Source of the DNA: Gordius albopunctatus
Taxonomy: Eukaryota
Direction of reading: 5' to 3'
Length of the DNA stretch: 64,000 nt
NCBI GenBank assembly: GCA_964276515.1
Contig: OZ193910.1
Location: 7,688,001-7,752,000 of the forward strand
Under the pieces are notes generated by a model. It was given only the letters and a program-made list of their open reading frames with translations. It searched no databases and was not told where the DNA came from. The position numbers and the translations under genes are program-made. Every line of letters starts with the position of its first letter. The stretch's first letter is position 1. Shown here one piece after another: positions 38,701 through 51,900 of this stretch.

Positions 38701-41700
38701 ATTAAAATTTAGGTGTTGCGTTTATATTGTTTCAATATCGCTTTATAAGCGAGCTCTATGCGATCGTGATTTAGTGTTAATAATTTTTGATGACTGATCA
38801 AAAAAATGTTTTTCAAGGAATTCACCTCTTATACCGAAAACTTTCATGAGAGCTATATGGTTGAACAAAAAAATTGAAAAAATTTTGAGGTCGAAAAAAT
38901 TATTATTTTTCATATTCTTTTGAAAGGGAGATGAAAAAATCTTTAAAAATTAGTAAATATTCGTAGCATTTTGTCCTTGTTAGAATCTTGATAGGAATAT
39001 ATGCGTGGGGGGATGTTTGAGATTGAGAGAAATTAAAATTTTCGTGTTACGTTTATATTGTTTCAATATCGCTTTATAAGCGTGTCTCTAGTTTTAGTGA
39101 AACAAACTCTATGCGATCGTGATTTAGAGTTAATAATTTTTGATGACTGATCAAAAAAATGTTTTTCAAGGAATTCACCTCTTATACCGAAAACTTTCAT
39201 GAGAGCTATATGGTTGAACAAAAAAATTGAAAAAATTTTGAGGTCGAAAAAATTATTATTTTTCATATTCTTTCGAAAGGGAGATGAAAAAATCTTTAAA
39301 AGTTAGTAAATATTCTTAGCATTTTGTCCTTGTTAGAATCTTGATAGGAATTTATCCTTGGGGGGATGTTTGAGATTGAGAGAAATTAAAATTTTCGTGT
39401 TGCGTTTATATTGTTTCAATATCGCTTTATAAGCGTGTCTCTAGTTTTAGTGAAACAAGCTCTATGCGATCGTGATTTAGAGTTAATAATTTTTGATGAC
39501 TGATCAAAAAAATGTTTTTCAAGGAATTCACCTCTTATACCGAAAACTTTCATGAGAGCTATATGGTTGAACAAAAAAATTGAAAAAATTTTGAGGTCGA
39601 AAAAATTATTATTTTTCATATTCTTTCGAAAGGGAGATGAAAAAATCTTTAAAAGTTAGTAAATATTCTTAGCATATTGTCCTCGTTAGAATCTTGATAG
39701 GAATTTATGCGTGGGGGGATGTTTGAGATTGAGAGAAATTAAAATTTTCGTGCTGTGTTTATATTGTTTCAATATCGCTTTATAAGCGTGTCTCTAGTTT
39801 TAGTGAAACAAGCTCGATGCGATCGTGATTTAGAGTTAATAATTTTTGATGACTGATCAAAAAAATGTTTTTCAAGCAATTCACCTGTTATACCGAAAAC
39901 TTTCATGAGAACTATATGGTTGAACAAAAAAATTGAAAAAATTTTGAGGTCGAAAAAAATATTATTTTTCAAATTCTTTCGAAAGGATGATGAAAAAATC
40001 TTTAAAAGTTAGTAAATATTCTTAGCATTTTGTCCTTGTTAGAATCTTGACAGAAATTTATGCGTGGGGGGATGTTTTAGATTGAGAGAAATTAAAATTT
40101 AGGTGTTGCGTTTATATTGTTTCAATATCGCTTTATAAGCGTGTCTCTAGTTTTAGTGAAACAAGCTCTATGCGATCGTGATTTAGAGATAATAATTTTT
40201 GACGACTGATCAAAAAAATGTTTTTAAAGGAATTCACCTCTTATACCGAAAACTTTCATGAGAGCTATATGGTTGAACAAAAAAATAGAAAAAATTTTGA
40301 GGTCCAAAAAAATTATTATTTTTCATATTCTTTCGAAAGGGAGATGAAAAAATCTTTAAATGTTAGTAAATATTCTTAGCATTTTGTCCTTGTTAGAATC
40401 TTGAAAGGAATTTATGCGTGGGGGGATGTTTTAGATTGAGAGAAATTAAAATTTAGGTGTTGCGTTTATATTGTTTCAATATCGCTTTATAATCGAGCTC
40501 TATGCGATCGTGATTTAGAGTTAATAATTTTTGATGACTGATCAAAAAAATGTTTTTCAAGGAATTCATCTCTTATACCGAAAACTTTCATGAGAGCTAT
40601 ATGGTTGAACAAAAAAATTGAAAAAATTTTGAGGTCGAAAAAATAATATTTTTCATATTTTTTCGAAAGGGAGATGAAAAAATCTTTAAAAGTTAGTAAA
40701 TATTCTTAGCATTTTGTCCTTGTTTGAATATTGATAGAAATTTATGCGTGGGGGGATGTTTGAGATTGAGAGAAATTAAAATTTTCGTGCTGCGTTTATA
40801 TTGTTTCAATATCGCTTTATAAGCGTGTCTCTAGTTTTAGTGAAACAAGCTCGATGCGATCGTGATTTAGAGTTAATAATTTTTGATGACTGATCAAAAA
40901 AATGTTTTTCAAGGAATTCACCTCTTATACCGAAAACTTTCATGAGAGCTATATGGTTGAACAAAAAAATTGAAAAAATTTTGAGGTCGAAAAAATTATT
41001 ATTTTTCATATTCTTTCGAAAGGGAGATGAAAAAATCTTTAAAAGTTAGTAAATATTCTTAGCATATTGTCCTCGTTAGAATCTTGATAGGAATTTATGC
41101 GTGGGGGGATGTTTTAGATTGAAAGAAATTAAAATTTTCGTGCTGCGTTTAGTTTGTTTCAATATCGCTTTATAAGCGTGTCTCTAGTTTTAGTGAAACA
41201 AGCTCTATGCGATCGTGATTTACAGTTAATAATTTTTGATGACTGATCAAAAAAATGTTTTTCAAGGAATTCACCTCTTATACCGAAAACTTTCATGAGA
41301 GCTATATGGTTGAACAAAAAAATTGAAAAAATTTTGAGGTCGAAAAAAATATTATTTTTCAAATTCTTTCGAAAGGGAGATGAAAAAATCTTTAAAAGTT
41401 AGTAAATATTCTTAGAATTTTGTCCTTGTTAGAATCTTGATAGGAATTTATCCTTGGGGGGATGTTTGAGATTGAGAGAAATTAAAATTTTCGTGTTGCG
41501 TTTATATTGTTTCAATATCGCTTTATAAGCGTGTCTCTAGTTTTAGTGAAACAAGCTCTATGCGATCGTGATTTAGAGTTAATAATTTTTGATGACTGAT
41601 CAAAAAAATGTTTTTCAAGGAATTCACCTCTTATACCGAAAACTTTCATGAGAGCTATATGGTTGAACAAAAAATTGAAAAAATTTTGAGGTCGAAAAAA

Positions 41701-44700
41701 TTATTATTTTTCATATTCTTTCGAAAGGGAGATGGAAAAATCTTTAAAAGTTAGTAAATATTCTTAGCATTTTGTCCTTGTTAGAATCTTGACAGAAATT
41801 TAGGCGTGGGGGGATGTTTTAGATTGAAAGAAATTAAAATTTTCGTGCTGCGTTTAGTTTGTTTCAATATCGCTTTATAAGCGTGTCTCTAGTTTTAGTG
41901 AAACAAGCTCTATGCGATCGTGATTTACAGTTAATAATTTTTGATGACTGATCAAAAAAATGTTTTTCAAGGAATTCACCTCTTATACCGAAAACTTTCA
42001 TGAGAGCTATATGGTTGAACAAAAAAATTGAAAAAATTTTGAGGTCGAAAAAAATATTATTTTTCATATTCTTTCGAAAGGGAGATGAAAAAATCTTTAA
42101 AAGTTAGTAAATATTCTTAGCATATTGTCCTCGTTAGAATCTTGATAGGAATTTATGCGTGGGGGGATGTTTTAGATTGAAAGAAATTAAAATTTTCGTG
42201 CTGCGTTTAGTTTGTTTCAATATCGCTTTATAAGCGTGTCTCTAGTTTTAGTGAAACAAGCTCTATGCGATCGTGATTTACAGTTAATAATTTTTGATGA
42301 CTGATCAAAAAAATGTTTTTCAAGGAATTCACCTCTTATACCGAAAACTTTCATGAGAGCTATATGGTTGAACAAAAAATTGAAAAAATTTTGAGGTCGA
42401 AAAAATTATTATTTTTCATATTCTTTCGAAAGGGAGATGGAAAAATCTTTAAAAGTTAGTAAATATTCTTAGCATTTTGTCCTTGTTAGAATCTTGACAG
42501 AAATTTAGGCGTGGGGGGATGTTTTAGATTGAGAGAAATTAAAATTTAGGTGTTGCGTTTATATTGTTTCAATATCGCTTTATAAGCGTGTCTCTAGTTT
42601 TAGTGAAACAAGCTCTATGCGATCGTGATTTAGAGTTAATAATTTTTGATGACTGATCAAAAAAATGTTTTTAAAGGAATTCACCTCTTATACCGAAAAC
42701 TTTCATGAGAGCTATATGGTTGAACAAAAAAATAGAAAAAATTTTGAGGTCGAAAAAATTATTATTTTTCATATTCTTTCGAAAGGGAGATAAAAAAATC
42801 TTTAAAAGTTAGTAAATATTCTTAGCATTTTGTCCTTGTTAGAATCTTGACAGAAATTTAGGCGTGGGGGGATGTTTTAGATTGAGAGAAATTAAAATTT
42901 AGGTGTTGCGTTTATATTGTTTCAATATCGCTTTATAAGCGTGTCTCTAGTTTTAGTGAAACAAGCTCTATGCGATCGTGATTTAGAGTTAATAATTTTT
43001 GATGACTGATCAAAAAAATGTTTTTAAAGGAATTCACCTCTTATACCGAAAACTTTCATGAGAGCTATATGGTTGAACAAAAAAATTGAAAAAATTTTGA
43101 GGTCGAAAAAAGTATTATTTTTCATATTCTTTTGAAAGGGAGATGAAAAAATCTTTAAAAATTAGTAAATATTCGTAGCATTTTGTCCTTGTTAGAATCT
43201 TGATAGGAATTTATGCGTGGGGGGATGTTTGAGATTGAGAGAAATTAAAATTTTCGTGTTGCGTTTAGATTGATTCAATATCGCTTTATAAGCGTGTCTC
43301 TAGTTTTAGTGAAACAAGCTCTATGCGATCGTGATTTAGAGTTAATAATTTTTGATGACTGATCAAAAAAATGTTTTTCAAAGAATTCACCTCTTATACC
43401 GAAAACTTTCATGAGAGCTATATGGTTGAACAAAAAATTGAAAAAATTTTGAGGTCGAAAAAATTATTATTTTTCATATTCTTTCGAAAGGGAGATGAAA
43501 AAATCTTTAAAAGTTAGTAAATATTCTTAGCATTTTGTCCTTGTTAGAATCTTGACAGAAATTTAGGCGTGGGGGGATGTTTTAGATTGAGAGAAATTAA
43601 AATTTAGGTGTTGCGTTTATATTGTTTCAATATCGCTTTATAAGCGTGTCTCTAGTTTTAGTGAAACAAGCTCTATGCGATCGTGATTTAGAGTTAATAA
43701 TTTTTGATGACTGATCAAAAAAATGTTTTTAAAGGAATTCACCTCTTATACCGAAAACTTTCATGAGAGCTATATGGTTGAACAAAAAAATAGAAAAAAT
43801 TTTGAGGTCGAAAAAATTATTATTTTTCATATTCTTTCGAAAGGGAGATAAAAAAATCTTTAAAAGTTAGTAAATATTCTTAGCATTTTGTCCTTGTTAG
43901 AATCTTGACAGAAATTTAGGCGTGGGGGGATGTTTTAGATTGAGAGAAATTAAAATTTAGGTGTTGCGTTTATATTGTTTCAATATCGCTTTATAAGCGT
44001 GTCTCTAGTTTTAGTGAAACAAGCTCTATGCGATCGTGATTTAGAGTTAATAATTTTTGATGACTGATCAAAAAAATGTTTTTCAAGGAATTCACCTCTT
44101 ATACCGAAAACTTTCATGAGAGCTATATGGTTGAACAAAAAAATAGAAAAAATTTTGAGGTCGAAAAAATTATTATTTTTCATATTCTTTCGAAAGGGAT
44201 ATAAAAAAATCTTTAAAAGTTAGTAAATATTCTTAGCATTTTGTCCTTGTTAGAATCTTGACAGAAATTTAGGCGTGGGGGGATGTTTTAGATTGAGAGA
44301 AATTAAAATTTTCGTGTTGCGTTTATATTGTTTCAATATCGCTTTATAAGCGTGTCTCTAGTTTTAGTGAAACAAGCTCTATGCGATCGTGATTTAGAGT
44401 TAATAATTTTTGACGACTGATCAAAAAAATGTTTTTAAAGGAATTCACCTCTTATACCGAAAACTTTCATGAGAGCTATATGGTTGAACGAAAAAATAGA
44501 AAAAATTTTGAGGTCCAAAAAAATTATTATTTTTCATATTCTTTCGAAAGGGAGATGAAAAAATCTTTAAAAGTTAGTAAATATTCTTAGCATTTTGTCC
44601 TTGTTAGAATCTTGACAGAAATTTAGGCGTGGGGGGATGTTTTAGATTGAGAGAAATTAAAATTTAGGTGTTGCGTTTATATTGTTTCAATATCGCTTTA

Positions 44701-45981
44701 TAAGCGTGTCTCTAGTTTTAGTGAAACAAGCTCTATGCGATCGTGATTTAGAGTTAATAATTTTTGATGACTGATCAAAAAAATGTTTTTAAAGGAATTC
44801 ACCTCTTATACCGAAAACTTTCATGAGAGCTATATGGTTGAACAAAAAAATAGAAAAAATTTTGAGGTCGAAAAAATTATTATTTTTCATATTCTTTCGA
44901 AAGGGAGATAAAAAAATCTTTAAAAGTTAGTAAATATTCTTAGCATTTTGTCCTTGTTAGAATCTTGACAGAAATTTAGGCGTGGGGGGATGTTTTAGAT
45001 TGAGAGAAATTAAAATTTAGGTGTTGCGTTTATATTGTTTCAATATCGCTTTATAAGCGTGTCTCTAGTTTTAGTGAAACAAGCTCTATGCGATCGTGAT
45101 TTAGAGTTAATAATTTTTGATGACTGATCAAAAAAATGTTTTTAAAGGAATTCACCTCTTATACCGAAAATTTTCATGAGAGCTATATGGTTGAACAAAA
45201 AAATTGAAAAAATTTTGAGGTCGAAAAAATTATTATTTTTCATATTCTTTCGAAAGGGAGATGAAAAAATCTTTAAAGTTAGTAAATATTCTTAGCATTT
45301 TGTCCTTGTTAGAATCTTGATAGGAATATATGCGTGGGGGGATGTTTGAGATTGAGAGAAATTAAAATTTTCGTGTTGCGTTTATATTGTTTCAATATCG
45401 CTTTATAAGCGTGTCTCTAGTTTTAGTGAAACAAGCTCTATGCGATCGTGATTTAGAGTTAATAATTTTTGATGACTGATCAAAAAAATGTTTTTAAAGG
45501 AATTCACCTCTTATACCGAAAACTTTCATGAGAGCTATATGGTTGAACAAAAAAATAGAAAAAATTTTGAGGTCGAAAAAATTATTATTTTTCATATTCT
45601 TTTGAAAGGGAGATGAAAAAATCTTTAAAAATTAGTAAATATTCGTAGCATTTTGTCCTTGTTAAATCTTGATAGGAATTTATGCGTGGGGGGATGTTTG
45701 AGATTGAGAGAAATTAAAATTTTCGTGTTGCGTTTAGATTGATTCAATATCGCTTTATAAGCGTGTCTCTAGTTTTAGTGAAACAAGCTCTATGCGATCG
45801 TGATTTAGAGTTAATAATTTTTGATGACTGATCAAAAAAATGTTTTTCAAGGAATTCACCTCTTATACCGAAAATTTTCATGAGAGCTATATGGTTGAAC
45901 AAAAAAATTGAAAAAATTTTGAGGTCGAAAAAATTATTATTTTTCATATTCTTTCGAAAGGGAGATGAAAAAATCTTTAAA

Positions 45982-48900
45982 GTTAGTAAATATTCTTAGC
46001 ATTTTGTCCTTGTTAGAATCTTGATAGGAATTTATCCTTGGGGGGATGTTTGAGATTGAGAGAAATTAAAATTTTCGTGTTGCGTTTATATTGTTTCAAT
46101 ATCGCTTTATAAGCGTGTCTCTAGTTTTAGTGAAACAAGCTCTATGCGATCGTGATTTAGAGTTAATAATTTTTGATGACTGATCAAAAAAATGTTTTTC
46201 AAGCAATTCAACTGTTATACCGAAAACTTTCATGAGAGCTATATGGTTGAACAAAAAAATTGAAAAAATTTTGAGGTCGAAAAAATTATTATTTTTCATA
46301 TTCTTTCGAAAGGGAGATGAAAAAATCTTTAAAAGTTAGTAAATATTCTTAGCATTTTGTCCTTGTTAGAATCTTGATAGGAATTTATCCTTGGGGGGAT
46401 GTTTGAGATTGAGAGAAATTAAAATTTTCGTGTTGCGTTTATATTGTTTCAATATCGCTTTATAAGCGTGTCTCTAGTTTTAGTGAAACAAGCTCTATGC
46501 GATCGTGATTTAGAGTTAATAATTTTTGATGACTGATCAAAAAAATGTTTTTCAAGGAATTCACCTCTTATACCGAAAACTTTCATGAGAGCTATATGGT
46601 TGAACAAAAAAATTGAAAAAATTTTGAGGTCGAAAAAATTATTATTTTTCATATTCTTTCGAAAGGGAGATGAAAAAATCTTTAAAAGTTAGTAAATATT
46701 CTTAGCATATTGTCCTCGTTAGAATCTTGATAGGAATTTATGCGTGGGGGGATGTTTGAGATTGAGAGAAATTAAAATTTTCGTGCTGCGTTTATATTGT
46801 TTCAATATCGCTTTATAAGCGTGTCTCTAGTTTTAGTGAAACAAGCTCGATGCGATCGTGATTTAGAGTTAATAATTTTTGATGACTGATCAAAAAAATG
46901 TTTTTCAAGCAATTCACCTGTTATACCGAAAACTTTCATGAGAGCTATATGGTTGAACAAAAAAATTGAAAAAATTTTGAGGTCGAAAAAAATATTATTT
47001 TTCAAATTCTTTCGAAAGGATGATGAAAAAATCTTTAAAAGTTAGTAAATATTCTTAGCATTTTGTCCTTGTTAGAATCTTGACAGAAATTTATGCGTGG
47101 GGGGATGTTTTAGATTGAGAGAAATTAAAATTTAGGTGTTGCGTTTATATTGTTTCAATATCGCTTTATAAGCGTGTCTCTAGTTTTAGTGAAACAAGCT
47201 CTATGCGATCGTGATTTAGAGATAATAATTTTTGACGACTGATCAAAAAAATGTTTTTAAAGGAATTCACCTCTTATACCGAAAACTTTCATGAGAGCTA
47301 TATGGTTGAACAAAAAAATAGAAAAAATTTTGAGGTCCAAAAAAATTATTATTTTTCATATTCTTTCGAAAGGGAGATGAAAAAATCTTTAAATGTTAGT
47401 AAACATTCTTAGCATTTTGTCCTTGTTAGAATCTTGAAAGGAATTTATGCGTGGGGGGATGTTTTAGATTGAGAGAAATTAAAATTTAGGTGTTGCGTTT
47501 ATATTGTTTCAATATCGCTTTATAATCGAGCTCTATGCGATCGTGATTTAGAGTTAATAATTTTTGATGACTGATCAAAAAAATGTTTTTCAAGGAATTC
47601 ATCTCTTATACCGAAAACTTTCATGAGAGCTATATGGTTGAACAAAAAAATTGAAAAAATTTTGAGGTCGAAAAAATAATATTTTTCATATTTTTTCGAA
47701 AGGGAGATGGAAAAATCTTTAAAAGTTAGTAAATATTCTTAGCATTTTGTCCTTGTTTGAATCTTGATAGGAATTTATGCGTGGGGGGATGTTTGAGATT
47801 GAGAGAAATTAAAATTTTCGTGCTGCGTTTATATTGTTTCAATATCGCTTTATAAGCGTGTCTCTAGTTTTAGTGAAACAAGCTCGATGCGATCGTGATT
47901 TAGAGTTAATAATTTTTGATGACTGATCAAAAAAATGTTTTTCAAGCAATTCACCTGTTATACCGAAAACTTTCATGAGAGCTATATGGTTGAACAAAAA
48001 AATTGAAAAAATTTTGAGGTCGAAAAAATTATTATTTTTCATATTCTTTCGAAAGGGAGATGAAAAAATCTTTAAAAGTTAGTAAATATTCTTAGCATAT
48101 TGTCCTCGTTAGAATCTTGATAGGAATTTATGCGTGGGGGGATGTTTTAGATTGAGAGAAATTAAAATTTTCGTGCTGCGTTTAGTTTGTTTCAATATCG
48201 CTTTATAAGCGTGTCTCTAGTTTTAGTGAAACAAGCTCTATGCGATCGTGATTTACAGTTAATAATTTTTGATGACTGATCAAAAAAATGTTTTTCAAGG
48301 AATTCACCTCTTATACCGAAAACTTTCATGAGAGCTATATGGTTGAACAAAAAAATTGAAAAAATTTTGAGGTCGAAAAAAATATTATTTTTCAAATTCT
48401 TTCGAAAGGGAGATGAAAAAATCTTTAAAAGTTAGTAAATATTCTTAGAATTTTGTCCTTGTTAGAATCTTGATAGGAATTTTTGCGTTGGCGATGTTTG
48501 AGATTGAGAAAAATTAAAATTTTCGTGCTGCGTTTAGTTTGTTTCAATATCGCTTTATAAGCGTGTCTCTAGTTTTAGTGAAACAAGCTCTATGCGATCG
48601 TGATTTACAGTTAATAATTTTTGATGACTGATCAAAAAAATGTTTTTGAAGGAATTCACCTCTTATACCGAAAACTTTCATGAGAGCTATATGGTTGAAC
48701 AAAAAAATTGAAAAAATTTTGAGGTCGAAAAAAATATTATTTTTCAAATTCTTTCGAAAGGGAGATGAAAAAATCTTTAAAAGTTAGTAAATATTCTTAG
48801 AATTTTGTCCTTGTTAGAATCTTGATAGGAATTTTTGCGTTGGCGATGTTTGAGATTGAGAGAAATTAAAATTTTCGTGCTGCGTTTAGTTTGTTTCAAT

Positions 48901-51900
48901 ATCGCTTTATAAGCGTGTCTCTAGTTTTAGTGAAACAAGCTCGATGCGATCGTGATTTAGAGTTAATAATTTTTGATGACTGATCAAAAAAATGTTTTTC
49001 AAGCAATTCACCTGTTATACCGAAAACTTTCATGAGAGCTATATGGTTGAACAAAAAAATTGAAAAAATTTTGAGGTCGAAAAAAATATTATTTTTCAAA
49101 TTCTTTCGAAAGGATGATGAAAAAATCTTTAAAAGTTAGTAAATATTCTTAGCATTTTGTCCTTGTTAGAATCTTGATAGGAATTTTTGCGTGGGGGGAT
49201 GTTTTAGATTGAGAGAAATTAAAATTTAGGTGTTACGTTTATATTGTTTCAATACCGCTTTATAAGCGTGTCTCTAGTTTTAGTGAAACAAGCTCTATGC
49301 GATCGTGATTTAGAGTTAATAATTTTTGATGACTGATCAAAAAAATGTTTTTCAAAGAATTCACCTCTTATACCGAAAACTTTCATGAGAGCTATATGGT
49401 TGAACAAAAAATTGAAAAAATTTTGAGGTCGAAAAAATTATTATTTTTCATATTCTTTCGAAAGGGAGATGAAAAAATCTTTAAAAGTTAGTAAATATTC
49501 TTAGCATTTTGTCCTTGTTAGAATCTTGACAGAAATTTAGGCGTGGGGGGATGTTTTAGATTGAGAGAAATTAAAATTTAGGTGTTGCGTTTATATTGTT
49601 TCAATATCGCTTTATAAGCGTGTCTCTAGTTTTAGTGAAACAAGCTCTATGCGATCGTGATTTAGAGTTAATAATTTTTGATGACTGATCAAAAAAATGT
49701 TTTTAAAGGAATTCACCTCTTATACCGAAAACTTTCATGAGAGCTATATGGTTGAACAAAAAAATAGAAAAAATTTTGAGGTCGAAAAAATTATTATTTT
49801 TCATATTCTTTCGAAAGGGAGATAAAAAAATCTTTAAAAGTTAGTAAATATTCTTAGCATTTTGTCCTTGTTAGAATCTTGACAGAAATTTAGGCGTGGG
49901 GGGATGTTTTAGATTGAGAGAAATTAAAATTTAGGTGTTGCGTTTATATTGTTTCACTATCGCTTTATAAGCGTGTCTCTAGTTTTAGTGAAACAAGCTC
50001 TATGCGATCGTGATTTAGAGTTAATAATTTTTGACGACTGATCAAAAAAATGTTTTTAAAGGAATTCACCTCTTATACCGAAAACTTTCATGAGAGCTAT
50101 ATGGTTGAACGAAAAAATAGAAAAAATTTTGAGGTCCAAAAAAATTATTATTTTTCATATTCTTTCGAAAGGGAGATGAAAAAATCTTTAAATGTTAGTA
50201 AATATTCTTAGCATTTTGTCCTTGTTAGAATCTTGAAAGGAATTTATGCGTGGGGGGATGTTTTAGATTGAGAGAAATTAAAATTTAGGTGTTGCGTTTA
50301 TATTGTTTCATTATCGCTTTATAATCGAGCTCTATGCGATCGTGATTTAGAGTTAATAATTTTTGATGACTGATCAAAAAAATGTTTTTCAAGGAATTCA
50401 TCTCTTATACCGAAAACTTTCATGAGAGCTATATGGTTGAACAAAAAAATTGAAAAAATTTTGAGGTCGAAAAAATTATTATTTTTCATATTCTTTCGAA
50501 AGGGAGATGAAAAAATCTTTAAAAGTTAGTAAATATTCTTAGCATATTGTCCTCGTTAGAATCTTGATAGGAATTTATGCGTGGGGGGATGTTTTAGATT
50601 GAGAGAAATTAAAATTTTCGTGCTGCGTTTAGTTTGTTTCAATATCGCTTTATAAGCGTGTCTCTAGTTTTAGTGAAACAAGCTCTATGCGATCGTGATT
50701 TACAGTTAATAATTTTTGATGACTGATCAAAAAAATGTTTTTCAAGGAATTCACCTCTTATACCGAAAACTTTCATGAGAGCTATATGGTTGAACAAAAA
50801 AATTGAAAAAATTTTGAGGTCGAAAAAAATATTATTTTTCAAATTCTTTCGAAAGGGAGATGAAAAAATCTTTAAAAGTTAGTAAATATTCTTAGAATTT
50901 TGTCCTTGTTAGAATCTTGATAGGAATTTTTGCGTTGGCGATGTTTGAGATTGAGAGAAATTAAAATTTTCGTGCTGCGTTTAGTTTGTTTCAATATCGC
51001 TTTATAAGCGTGTCTCTAGTTTTAGTGAAACAAGCTCTATGCGATCGTGATTTACAGTTAATAATTTTTGATGACTGATCAAAAAAATGTTTTTCAAGGA
51101 ATTCACCTCTTATACCGAAAACTTTCATGAGAGCTATATGGTTGAACAAAAAAATAGAAAAAATTTTGAGGTCCAAAAAAATTATTATTTTTCATATTCT
51201 TTCGAAAGGGAGATGAAAAAATCTTTAAAAGTTAGTAAATATTCTTAGCATTTTGTCCTTGTTAGAATCTTGATAGGAATTTATCCTTGGGGGGATGTTT
51301 GAGATTGAGAGAAATTAAAATTTTCGTGTTGCGTTTATATTGTTTCAATATCGCTTTATAAGCGTGTCTCTAGTTTTAGTGAAACAAGCTCTATGCGATC
51401 GTGATTTAGAGTTAATAATTTTTGATGACTGATCAAAAAAATGTTTTTCAAGCAATTCAACTGTTATACCGAAAACTTTCATGAGAGCTATATGGTTGAA
51501 CAAAAAAATTGAAAAAATTTTGAGGTCGAAAAAATTATTATTTTTCATATTCTTTCGAAAGGGAGATGAAAAAATCTTTAAAAGTTAGTAAATATTCTTA
51601 GCATTTTGTCCTTGTTAGAATCTTGATAGGAATTTATCCTTGGGGGGATGTTTGAGATTGAGAGAAATTAAAATTTTCGTGTTGCGTTTATATTGTTTCA
51701 ATATCGCTTTATAAGCGTGTCTCTAGTTTTAGTGAAACAAGCTCTATGCGATCGTGATTTAGAGTTAATAATTTTTGATGACTGATCAAAAAAATGTTTT
51801 TCAAGGAATTCACCTCTTATACCGAAAACTTTCATGAGAGCTATATGGTTGAACAAAAAAATTGAAAAAATTTTGAGGTCGAAAAAATTATTATTTTTCA

